DNA from: Eledone cirrhosa
Taxonomy: Eukaryota
DNA: 64,000 bases
Reading direction: 5' to 3'
NCBI GenBank assembly: GCA_964016885.1
Contig: OZ024740.1
Coordinates: 397,668,001 to 397,732,000 of the forward strand
This document shows positions 35,303-47,255 of this stretch, piece after piece (the stretch's first letter is position 1; the number at the start of each line of letters is the position of its first letter). The notes under the pieces were generated by a model that saw nothing but the letters and a program-made list of their open reading frames with translations, did not search any database and was not told the origin of the DNA. Made by a program: the position numbers and the translations under genes.

Positions 35303-35677
35303 TAAGGTGGACAATTGGCAAAGTTAGAGCGTCAGTTAGAATACTTTACGGTATTCGTTCTGGATCTCTGCTCTCTGAATTCAAATTCTGCCGAGGTCAA
35401 ATTTGCCTTTCATCCACTCGAAGTCAATAAAAAAAAGTACCAGTTCAACCAGTTCAGTACTGGGGTCTTTCTCTATATCTCTTTCTCACACTCTCTCTAT
35501 ACTTCAATGGAAGAAATCTGCTGTATTCAGATGTGGAGAGGAGATAAGCTCCGTCAGGTTTTAAAATGCCCTGGAAAGGCCGTTTTTCTGCTAGTCTGTG
35601 TAATAATTGAATGGCGGGTACCATGGATTTTACGGTCTGAGACAGTTTCATTTTAGTTTTTACGTATACGCTAAAAA

Positions 35678-35720
35678 TGAGTCACGCGCATGCGGAGTGA
35701 ATTTTCAATACAGCTATAAA
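35678..35720 (+). promoter_or_regulatory. Candidate GMPR promoter motifs: AP-1 (TGAGTCA), NRF1-like (CGCGCATGCG) and TATAAA
   Basis: Adjacent motifs at 35678-35684, 35685-35694 and 35715-35720, in a locally CpG-richer stretch about 0.8 kb upstream of the ATG. No transcript data. Confidence 0.35.
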
Positions 35721-36496
35721 TTCCAGTTGCGACCATCCCGTCCCATAACTTCTAACTCTAAAACTTAATCAATAATATTGTACTAAATTTTATTGACTAT
35801 TACTGCATGTCAAGAAAAAAAATGAATTGTATTGTCTTCGATTTTGAAACAATTCTATTTCAGGTTCATAAGCCAGTATTTCCCGAATGACTGGTGTTAA
35901 AATAGGGGCCATTCCACAGGTATGAATGGAAGACGGTAATAAGTAAGAAAAAGAGGCGAGGTTCGTTGACGACAGCCAACATTATATATTTGGTGAATTG
36001 TGGCTTAATTAATATTTTATAACATATACTAACCTTAGAAACACCGTAACACAGTACTTATTTTACTGATTAATTTTCAAAGTTCTAGAAATTATTCACG
36101 GTTTCAGAAATGTTTTCTTTGACATGTTACAAAGATAAATTATTATTTACAAATTCTTCCAAAGACATCTAATTGATAAACATACAGAAATTCTTTATAA
36201 AGTAAAGGCTAGTTCACTATATGTAGTTGACAACAATTTAATATTTAACAAGCGTTTCCGATATTTTTTATTCACGTTTGTTTTATTATTTTTGTTATCT
36301 GGAATCGATTTTAGCACATTGCAGCTTCCATAGTTATTTGTTTGCCGTCCACCTGTCTTGCTGGCAACTTAATCTGTCTGCTGGAGTTTAAAACGGCGCA
36401 CCTCAAATGAATGTTTATTTCATGTCTTTTTAAGCACTAACCCAGATTTAACACTATTTAATACTAGAAAGCAGCAGATCTCGCCAGTAGAGCAAA

Positions 36497-36583
36497 ATGC
36501 CACGCATCGACAGTGATATCAAATTGGATTTTAAGGATGTGTTATTACGCCCGAAGAGAAGCACGATTAAAAGCCGAGCTGAC
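36497..36583 (+). CDS. GMPR: GMP reductase, first coding exon
   Basis: AAAATG start. Reads [29 protein letters not shown], the highly conserved GMPR/GuaC N-terminus. Donor GTAAGT at 36584, phase 0. Confidence 0.96.
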
Positions 36584-39107
36584 GTAAGTTGTGCATTTTT
36601 TTTCTCTCGCTGTTATGGAAGTCAGTACAGATAATAAAAAAATTAATCTAGCTTAATGTTTGATGCTATTTAAATACTATTTCAGTTTTGGATCTTCTGC
36701 CAATGTTTAATATAATTAAATCTGGTTAATGCCGTAAAATCTAATCAAGGCTTTGTTTTTACAAACGATGTGTGAGAGAATGTTTACGCCACGGAATTTT
36801 GATATTGATATTTTTCGGTAATATCCGAAACAACAAAGAACTGAATGACCTGTAGAATAAAATAATAAATATCACTCACACGGCATTGATAATATTTGAG
36901 TTTATGAATATTTGCATTAAAAGACAAATACAAAATAATAGTGACGACGTTTCTAAGGAATTCTCAAATGTTCATATTCTTTTATATCACTAGACAGAAT
37001 ATATTTTTATGAGAGAGATATAGAACGTTTTGATACTAATGACGACAACGCAAGTGGAATGGTTTTAACGGAGATGCTCGTCCTAATGATTTCTTAGATT
37101 ATATAGTCTAGCCGACAGCATTTCAACCTTTGAGTGCCGAGAGTCAAGTATTGATTCGAGTGCGACCTTCAGCTTATCGTCAGGGTGGTCAGTTGGCAGA
37201 ATTAGTAGAGCGATGAACAAAATGTTTTGCGGCATTTAGTTATATTTTACATTTTCAATTGCCGGCGATGTTAACCTTGCCCTTTCGTCCTTGATTAGTC
37301 GATACAATATAAGTACCAGATCCATGTAATCGGCTTCCTGCTTCACAAACACCGACAATAATTTGTAGCCTTAAGTCTAGATAATAAATCATGGGAAGAC
37401 CATATAGTGGCATTACCAGTAGAAGGCCAAACGGAATAATGTCTTTAAGAACTTAGTTTCATTTCTCTGCGTTCAGAGTTCAAATTTAGTCGGTTTTCAT
37501 TTTGCCTTTCACAGATGTCATTGAAGAAGGCATAAGAACCCCTTACTCATTACCTTTCTCTGTAAATTTGGGGCCCAGTGCCTCTAAAATAAAAAAAACG
37601 AACTCAGATAAATATTTTACATTAATTTAAATACTTCATATTCAACATTTTGATCAGTATGCGAATTTTAAAATGTTTATTAACGAAAAACAAAAAAAAA
37701 AAAGAAATCCCCTCTCTTTACGCACATTGTATGTATATCATTCAATATGCACGTTTTTTTTTGTACTCACGAGTAATATTTACAATACTGTATACACATA
37801 CTAACGCGTCATCGATTTTACATTTACGTGTTGCCGCAAACAGCTCCTATTCAGACTACTTAATTATTCGTAGAAATGGTAATTCAGCCATAAGTAATAA
37901 TCTCTTTCTTATTGAAATTTACATTTTCATTGAATGAAAAACATTTTTATTCTTATTGTTGACATTTCACCTTGATTCCTTGTTGGTTCAACTGTCACGC
38001 AAGCTGATAAATGGAAAACTATAGGCTCTGTTTTCGAAGACAACAGAATGACTGACTTAACAGAGAAACGTGTATACATGTGTGCGCTTGTCGTTATGAA
38101 TACATGAAAGTTAGAATGAGATTGTAGAGGCTGCGAAAGGTAAGAAAGGGAACGTAGTTAAGTGGAGAGGGAGGAAGAAAGAAAACAATTAACAATTACG
38201 TTTATATATATGTCTAGATGTGTAGGTGTATGCGGAAAATTGATGATAAATAGCCACATTCGGTGGCATATTTCATCCACTAGTAACGCTCTCATTCGTA
38301 CTAACTAAAAAACAATAGCAACAAAAAAATTAAGAATAAGAAACTAAACAAAACAGAAAATGTAAACACCGATTACATAATACATATGTACTGAAGTACT
38401 TTTATGTGTATACGAATCACGATATAAAAGGTATGAATGGATTAGTGTGTCAGCTAGAGAAGTGGGAATAATACTAAGTTCTATATTCATATATATAAAA
38501 TAGTTTATCTACTTAGTGGTAGATATGACTTAGTTGCTGTTATTTTTACAGACGACGAATCTCTTGTTTCAAAACACATCTGTGTGAAAGAGCTGCTCGT
38601 AACCACAAAGGATTTCGCACCTTATATGGTGGGGACAGTACTACGTGATATTAATCGTTCAACCTGCTAGAAATAGCAGCCAATGTCCTTTGTCGCATTA
38701 ATAAAGAATGGACACATACAGAATGCCATTGATCAGAAGTCGGATCAAATCTGATCTGGGGTTAAAAATAACAACTAAAGAAAAATCTGATATTTTATGA
38801 AACTTTCCCCTAGTTACGTTGCTGTTTTTTACTTCCCGCCTCATTTGCCCTGATCAAGTATATCTATGATCAAAAGCATTTCAGTCGTGGCTATAGGTCT
38901 TTTGTATACTACAGACTACACTGCCTATGTACCTTTTGTTTAAAGACTATAGGGTGGGATTTGGGGAAGGTTTAGCTGTTAGTTTAGCAGGTGGAATAGT
39001 CATGGGCAAACTGCGGCTTGCAGCCTGTTTAGCTTTCTGAATAGCACGCCTAATTTCAAAATTGCTACTATATGCTCTCTGATCACCTCGTCCTTATTTA
39101 TGTATTT

Positions 39108-39298
39108 CAGACCTGTCAACTCTCCCGTATGACGGGGAGATCTCCCACCCACTTTGGGGTGGGTGAGAGATGTCTCTTGTGAAAATGGGTATAGCTTTCA
39201 TTATGTAAAATCTCCCTATTTTGCCTCATTTCTCCCCGATTTGGGGCACGTTTTTTCATGGTACTCCCCGTTTGGGTTTTTAGAGGTTAGCAGGTCTG
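39108..39298. mobile_element. MITE with CAGACCTG TIRs and 6-bp TSD (second copy)
   Basis: GTATTT|CAGACCTGTCAAC...GTTAGCAGGTCTG|GTATTT. Colinear and highly similar to 35109-35302. Confidence 0.85.
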
Positions 39299-40778
39299 GT
39301 ATTTATAGATAGACATGATTAAAAAATGTGAAGCTTAACATAATGCTTGTAAAAGTTGATGTGAAGAACGAATGCCTTCAATAGCATGTGTCAATTTACC
39401 TGCTGGAAATCATTCCCACCCGTTTCCCCATTGGCTTGTTAATTCCTCAAAATCTGAAGTCATGAACGTCAACATTGATAAATCTTGAAGGGCCATGAAA
39501 TGGATGGGTCTGGGCACTACCCTTTTCTTTCTGACCAAGCGAAAAAGATAAAGTAAAAAAAAAAAAAAAAAAAAAAAGACTAGACACATACTACAGCTAA
39601 GTGAAACTATTTATTACCCACAAATTTAGTAACTAGGAAGTTAAGTTCTACACAAAAGGTTAACATTTCTTTAAGGCACCGAAGTGTGAATGGAATTATA
39701 GAAAAATGTTGCTTTGATATTTAATGACTTTTACTTGGTTGCCATTATACTTTTGAATATTCAAAATATTTACTAATCATTTCATCAATCCTAAAAAAAA
39801 TGATTATTTAAGAGATTTATTAAATAAGCACAAAGCCTCACATTCATTGGTAATAGGATACATGAGATTGTGGGACGTTCATGCTTTGAGGATGTTGCAT
39901 TGGTGAAGGTTCTTCGCCTCAAGGTATGGGATGACTGTTTACCTTAGCTATTATTATTTTGGCAGTATCGGTAGAGGGTTGGACATGCCTTTCATCCATA
40001 CGGGGTCGATAAAATAAAGTACCAGTAATGGGTAATTGCTGGCCTTGTGCCAAAAGTAGAAACAATTATTATTATCATTATTATTTATTATTTTACAAAA
40101 AGAGTCTGTTTAATTGGGTCATAGACTTGGTGCAAGAAGTTTGGTTGTTGTTTATCTAATTTATTTCAGAAACCAGTAAGTGATTTAGTATTAAGATTAT
40201 GTCAGACACTTAACAATAAACCTACTGTTTCAAATAAAAAAATATTCCCCTCTCAGCAAGGTTATAGATGCTTGATAATTCAAAAGCTGTTAAGACGATG
40301 AATAGAATGTTTGAGATTGATAAACTAGAATACATAAGCTTTTAATTGTTGTTGTTTACCTTCATGTCAACTCTAATTCAGCTAAAGCATTCCAAACATG
40401 ATCACCCTCTTTTTTCCTATGTGCGTAGACCCTAGCACCATATTATCCAATGCCTCCTTTTCTATGATGGTAGATTGTATTTGAGGGAGATTTAGCAGGT
40501 TGATCAACCATGTAGAAGCTCATTCAACTCTTAGTAAATAGTAGTGAAGTAACAAGCAACTTTACAATTTTTTTTACATCTTACTGAGCACCAGCTAATA
40601 TGTTGTTACTAGTGTTACTCCACTGCTAAGTGTGTGATAGTGTTAATTTTAGCAACCTCTCTGTGGTCTTCACATTCATTATTCTAACTATATTTCTAAT
40701 GAAATACACTCTATTTCAGTTAATTAATGAAGAATTTTGAAGGATTTATTAAAATCATTAATTATTTCATTACTAAGA

Positions 40779-41623
40779 CTAGCAGAAAAACCACCCTTCG
40801 GGTGGTTTTCTGCTAGCATGTGTAGTGTGCATATTGATATTATACGCAGGTATATATGCATGTAGATATGATACATCAAATAAAATCGTAATTGACAATA
40901 TACACAGAAATTGAACGAAGACTGCGTTACATTGTCTTATGTAATCAGTAACGTAATCCATGATACATTAAAAAAAGACGATATTATATATAAACTGCAT
41001 TAGGAGAAAGTTAATGACGGAAATATATGAATGTTTATTTAAGCGATCGCTAACCGGAAGTGTTGACATTTGAAAATTTAAAAAAAGTGAATCTTAAAAT
41101 AAGCCACAAAATTATTTATATTTAATCAAGAATAACGAAATTTAGCAGATAAATTATGTAATATTCATTCATTATTTATTCAAAGTAATGAATGAATATT
41201 ACATAATTTATCTACTAAATTTCGTTATTCTTGATTAAATATAAATAATTTTGTGGCTTATTTTAAGATTCACTTTTTTTAAATTTTCAAATGTCAACAC
41301 TTCCGGTTAGCGATCGCTTAAATAAACATTCATATATTTAGGGCGGTGAATTGGCAGTATCGGTAGAGGGTCGGACGCCATGCTTTGTAGAAAAGAGTTA
41401 CAGCCCTTTAAGGTCTGAGTTCAAATCCCGCCAAGGTTAACTTTGCCTTTCATCCTTACGGGGTCGATCAAATAAAGTACCAGTAATCTACTGGTAAATT
41501 GCTGGCCTTGTGCCAAACGTAGAAACAATTATTTATTCAAAGTAATCCAACTTATTTTACAAACGGGATAAAAAAATATATTCTGGACGCAGTCCCGCAC
41601 TCCTTACTTTATTATAGTTAAGA
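40779..41623 (-). mobile_element. Non-autonomous Helitron inserted at A|T inside another repeat; contains a SINE and a 154-bp inversion
   Basis: The minus strand starts A|TCTTAACTATAATAAAG and ends CTAG|T, with no TSD. The rejoined flanks (…ACTAAGA|TAGTA…) match the uninterrupted repeat at about 13020-13210 (…ATTGAGA|TAGTA…). Confidence 0.85.
41340..41530 (+). mobile_element. Meta-like SINE copy nested in a Helitron
   Basis: Full-length copy. The 19-bp sequence ATTATTTATTCAAAGTAAT is duplicated at 41171-41189 and 41528-41546. Confidence 0.88.
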
Positions 41624-42139
41624 TAGTAACTTAACGTATGGTGCTTATATAAAATTATGTGGGAAGAGTTTAATTTAAATAGGAACGGAACTCTTTAAAA
41701 TGAGCAGTTTTGTTTCATAGGACTAGAGCAAGCTTATCTGGGTTGGTAATGAAAGAGTTTTTGACCTTTGCAGTTCACTAACTGGGGCTTATCTGCTGTT
41801 TTCTTCTGGCTACAAAGCTAGTTATTTACAAACAACTTTTCTTGAACTCATCCTTTCAGTCAGTGCAGTATTTATTGACCAATGATATAATAGATGCTAT
41901 TGAATAAACAACTTCTATATTACTGATGTCTCAATGCTAGATATCTGCATTACTTTTACCATTTCTTCACTGGTACTCCATAGTAGGTGATAAGCAAAGA
42001 TAATGAAGTTATTAATCATTCTCATAGCATCACCTTTTTAACCCTTTTGCTGTTTGAATTAATTTTGAAAATAATCAATAACTTCCAGTCCTTCTGTTTG
42101 CTATGGTATTCTTCATTATTTAATCAATCACAGACAAAA

Positions 42140-43100
42140 ACAAAGCACAGCCATGTGAAATTCCTTGTCAATCTTCCATCATCGAGAATTCTGCAGGACA
42201 TTTCCTTATATGATTTCTATACAATATTCACAATCTTAATTGGATGCAGTAGTGTCTTATTAATTGCCATATAGTTGCACAGTGGACACCATCAAAAGCC
42301 TTTTCATAGTTCATATAATTTAGATATAGAGATATGAGCACTCTATAGAATGCTCAACTATGATTCTCAAGGAAGATATCTGATCTGCACACGACCTATT
42401 CTGACAAAATCTTGCTTGCTATTCCCATAAATGGTCTTCAAATATTCTTTTGAGCCTTTCCAGAATGATCTATCTGAAAATTTCCCCTGGGACTGACAAC
42501 TGCATTATTCCATGGTTATTTTGACATTTGCTGACATCTTTCTTTGGAAGTTTCACAAACAAGCTTTCTCTCCAGTTGGCAGAGCATTCTTCCTTATTCC
42601 AGATCTTATGAAAGAGCAGCAGTAGCATCTGTTGATTTTCAGTTTATGAGTCAGTTCACTTCAGCTGCTGGTATCCCTAGGGTTTTTCTTTGATTGGTCT
42701 GTTGAGCAGCTCTTCAAAGTATTCTCATCTGTTCAGTTGCAGGTCTATACCAGTTATGATATTGCTTTTGTTTCCATGAATAGGACAATTGTTTGCCACT
42801 TAGCTTCTTCATGAAGTCAAAAGCTTCTTGCTGTTGTTATTTGTAGCAGCAGTGGCAACTTGATCTTTCAGGTCATCTGTACACTTGTGCTTGTCTACAT
42901 GAATGCTGTCCTTGACTTCCTTGTTAGCCTTGGAGTATACTTCTTGAGCAGTGGTTTTGGCATTTCTTGTTTAGTTTACCTTGACAATGGCCTTCTTTAA
43001 CTTTTTGGCGTTAATTTTTCTCAGTATCTGTGCAGATATCCATTCCTTTTGCCATTGTTTCGTCTTTCCAATCACTTCAATATTAATCTGAAGAACAAGT
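42140..43100 (-). mobile_element. Decayed RTE (BovB-like) RT fragment
   Basis: The minus strand gives YEKAFDGVH and L.VPG.IF-like RT remnants with many stops. Confidence 0.6.
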
Positions 43101-43216
43101 TTTAAATGCCCAGTCAAATAGACCACAACATGGAAGACCTACACTTTGAATAGAAACATGTGCGGAAGTGATTGGAGAGATAATGGTTTTTAATAGACAA
43201 TGGGAAAACTTAGAGC

Positions 43217-45489
43217 ATACAACTACTGAGAAGACTAGAGGAGAACTGCTGCCTGATATTCAACCAAGAACACACAACCACTGAGAAGACTAGAGGAGAA
43301 CTGTTGCCTGACATTCAACCATGAACACACAACTACTGACAAGACTAAAGGAAAACTGTTGCCTGACATTCAACCAAGAACACACAGCTACTGACAAGAC
43401 TGAAAACTGTTGCCTGACATTCAACCATGAACACACAACTGAGAAGACTAAAGGAAAACTGTTGCCTGACATTCAACCAAGAATACACAACTAACTGAGA
43501 AGACTAAAGGAGAACTGTTGCCTGACATTCAACCAAGAACACACAACTACTGAGAAGACTAAAGGAAAACTGTTGCCTGACATTCAACCAAGAATACACA
43601 ACTAACTGAGAAGACTAAAGGAGAACTGTTGCCTGACATTCAACCAAGAACACACAACTACTGAGAAGACTAAAGGAAAACTGTTGCCTGACATTCAACC
43701 AAGAATACACAACTAACTGAGAAGACTAAAGGAGAACTGTTGCCTGACATTCAACCAAGAACACACAACTACTGAGAAGACTAAAGGAAAACTGTTGCCT
43801 GACATTCAACCAAGAATACACAACTAACTGAGAAGACTAAAGGAGAACTGTTGCCTGACATTCAACCAAGAACACACAACTACTGAGAAGACTAAAGGAA
43901 AACTGTTGCCTGACATTCAACCAAGAATACACAACTAACTGAGAAGACTAAAGGAGAACTGTTGCCTGACATTCAACCAAGAACACACAACTACTGAGAA
44001 GACTAAAGGAAAACTGTTGCCTGACATTCAACCAAGAATACACAACTACTGACAAGACTGAGAACTGTTGCCTGACATTCAACCATGAACACACAACTGA
44101 GAAGACTAAAGGAAAACTGTTGCCTGACATTCAACCAAGAATACACAACTACTGACAAGACTGAGAACTGTTGCCTGACATTCAACCATGAACACACAAC
44201 TGAGAAGACTAAAGGAAAACTGTTGCCTGACATTCAACCAAGAACACACAACTACTGAGAAGACTAAAGGAAAACTGTTGCCTGACATTCAACCAAGAAT
44301 ACACAACTAACTGAGAAGACTAAAGGAGAACTGTTGCCTGACATTCAACCATGAACACACAACTACTGACAAGACTAAAGGAAAACTGTTGCCTGACATT
44401 CAACCAAGAACACACAGCTACTGACAAGACTGAAAACTGTTGCCTGACATTCAACCATGAACACACAACTGAGAAGACTAAAGGAAAACTGTTGCCTGAC
44501 ATTCAACCAAGAATACACAACTAACTGAGAAGACTAAAGGAGAACTGTTGCCTGACATTCAACCAAGAACACACAACTACTGAGAAGACTAAAGGAAAAC
44601 TGTTGCCTGACATTCAACCAAGAATACACAACTAACTGAGAAGACTAAAGGAGAACTGTTGCCTGACATTCAACCAAGAACACACAACTACTGAGAAGAC
44701 TAAAGGAAAACTGTTGCCTGACATTCAACCAAGAATACACAACTAACTGAGAAGACTAAAGGAGAACTGTTGCCTGACATTCAACCAAGAACACACAACT
44801 ACTGAGAAGACTAAAGGAAAACTGTTGCCTGACATTCAACCAAGAATACACAACTAACTGAGAAGACTAAAGGAGAACTGTTGCCTGACATTCAACCAAG
44901 AACACACAACTACTGAGAAGACTAAAGGAAAACTGTTGCCTGACATTCAACCAAGAATACACAACTAACTGAGAAGACTAAAGGAGAACTGTTGCCTGAC
45001 ATTCAACCAAGAACACACAACTACTGAGAAGACTAAAGGAAAACTGTTGCCTGACATTCAACCAAGAATACACAACTACTGACAAGACTGAGAACTGTTG
45101 CCTGACATTCAACCATGAACACACAACTGAGAAGACTAAAGGAAAACTGTTGCCTGACATTCAACCAAGAATACACAACTACTGACAAGACTGAGAACTG
45201 TTGCCTGACATTCAACCATGAACACACAACTGAGAAGACTAAAGGAAAACTGTTGCCTGACATTCAACCAAGAACACACAACTAACTGAGAAGACTAAAG
45301 GAGAACTGTTGCCTGACATTCAACCAAGAACACACAACTACTGAGAAGACTAAAGGAAAACTATTGCCTGACATTCAACAAAGAATACACAACTAGCCGA
45401 GAAGACTAGAGAACTGTTGCCTGACATTCAACCAAGAATACACAACTAGCTGAGAAGACGAGAGAACTGTTGCCTGACATTCAACCATG
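43217..45489. repeat. Minisatellite/VNTR, about 42 units of 51-56 bp, with higher-order structure (GMPR intron 1)
   Basis: Unit AACTGTTGCCTGACATTCAACCAAGAACACACAACTACTGAGAAGACTAAAGGAA (55 bp) alternates with a 56-bp variant. Identical ORFs recur at an offset of 1030 bp. Confidence 0.97.
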
Positions 45490-47217
45490 CAAGGGATGGA
45501 CTGACTGACTAACAATTTTAACAAAGAATGTTTTTTAAGTTGTCCCTATTTGCAGCTGTCTACAACCAAAGTCTACAGCAGCTGTATGATTGATTAACCT
45601 ATTTGATTGTCAGCTTTATGTGATCTGAAACAGGAAAAAAAAAAAAAAGCACTTGAATGGTTTCTTGTAGTTAACTTGTTTAAACTGGAGAAAATGTCTG
45701 TCAATCAAATCCTGGATTGTTGTAGCTTTTCATTCCACCAGTGTTCATAAAACAAATGTAAAATCAACTAAAATATGTGGAGGATCAACATAATCATGCT
45801 GTGTTCTACTGATTCTCTTTGATGCTCTGTATTTTCTCATGTATCATACAAGAAATTTTGAATTAAAATTAAGGACAAAAAAGGTGGTCAAGGTGGTGGT
45901 GGTGAGGTGTATTATATACTAGTATCCATGTTCAGAATTTTTTTTTACTTTGTTTAAAAATACTCACTTCAAATAGCAAAATTGCAAATATGTGTTGATA
46001 ACAATTATTTACAAGTGGTATTTGATACATCAGCAATATTTATTGGGGAATCAATGTTATTGGATATCGTTCATCTCAAAGACAGGAAATAGATAAAATA
46101 TATAAATTAATAAAGGTAATACATACGATTTGTCATATTTTGATAATAATATTGTTACAATTGTGGCCTAACTATTGTTAAAGTATATACCTTTTTCTGC
46201 TTGAATAATAGAGAATAGTTATGGGAAGTTGTTGACACTGTTATTGTTTGCTAAACAGATACCCCTCTGTTTGTTGACTCACCGTATCTGGTTTGAAAAC
46301 TTGTGTTGAAGCAGGAAGTAGGATAAGCCTCCTTCTACACTAATTGCTAAACACTGGGTTTTTCATTCTTTAATGTCACGAGAAACTAAATATTGTTGTG
46401 AAATTTATGTGTGAGATCAAGATTTTGATGGATAACATGGTACAAGTTTCCAAAAATGTACATAAACATGTTTATACTGTGATATGGTTTATTCCAATAT
46501 TTTTTTTAGCTTCCGAAACTGGGGTTGTTTTATACTGAAGTTGTATAAGTTCTTATACACAGAGTCCTGAGTTCTGATCATGTTATAAGCTGTCTCTTCA
46601 TAACAAGATTACAATAAATCTAATGGAATTGAGACTTTGAAGACATCACTAATTAGACAATGAAGTTCAGCCCTTACTGATATCTGGACATAATGTATTT
46701 GTATGTACTAAACTTGTATTGTAAATTGCTGTTTTTAAATATTTGGTGGGATAACTCTGTGTCGTTAGAGATTATGAGGTATTCTAGCATTTTGAAATGA
46801 TTTTGAGAATTTTAATTCTGTTTCATTTTTTTCTCGTGTTTCTTTAATATTTGTAGGAATCGTGTCTTCTTTGTTCTGTTGAAAGAAAATAGATTATTGA
46901 AGGATATTGTTGGAGTCAGTGCAAGTCTGGTATGAGGTGGTTAGTGTGAATGTAAAGGACATATGCATGTGAAAGATTAAAGAAGTATGAAGAATGGTAT
47001 CATTTTTGTATAGGAGTGACAGGAAGTACATCATTATTGTACAGAAAGATGAATATAAATACACACTTAATTGAATGCAACCTCTGCACATGACATGATA
47101 CTCTATACTTAGGCAAAACATGTTATTTTAATTCATTCTAAAGATCCTATTGTAAATTATTCAATTGTAAATTACCTCCTCCAGCAATTTATCTAATAAA
47201 AATTGCACTTGTGTGTG

Positions 47218-47255
<38 letters not shown>

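Noticed and set aside
35454-35651. Divergent (- strand) gene starting MKLSQTVKSM from a bidirectional promoter
   Set aside because: The ORF runs through Helitron-like and SINE sequence, the donor is weak, and no downstream - strand exons could be found.
43493-43530. Hammerhead in the satellite unit (CTGAGAAGACTAAAGGAAAACTGTT)
   Set aside because: The core is not CUGANGA and no stable stem I or II can be formed.
43217-45489. CRISPR-like array or repeat-protein CDS
   Set aside because: There are no unique spacers and no cas genes, the unit lengths vary and mostly break frame, the ORFs are short, and the context is a eukaryotic intron. It is a minisatellite.
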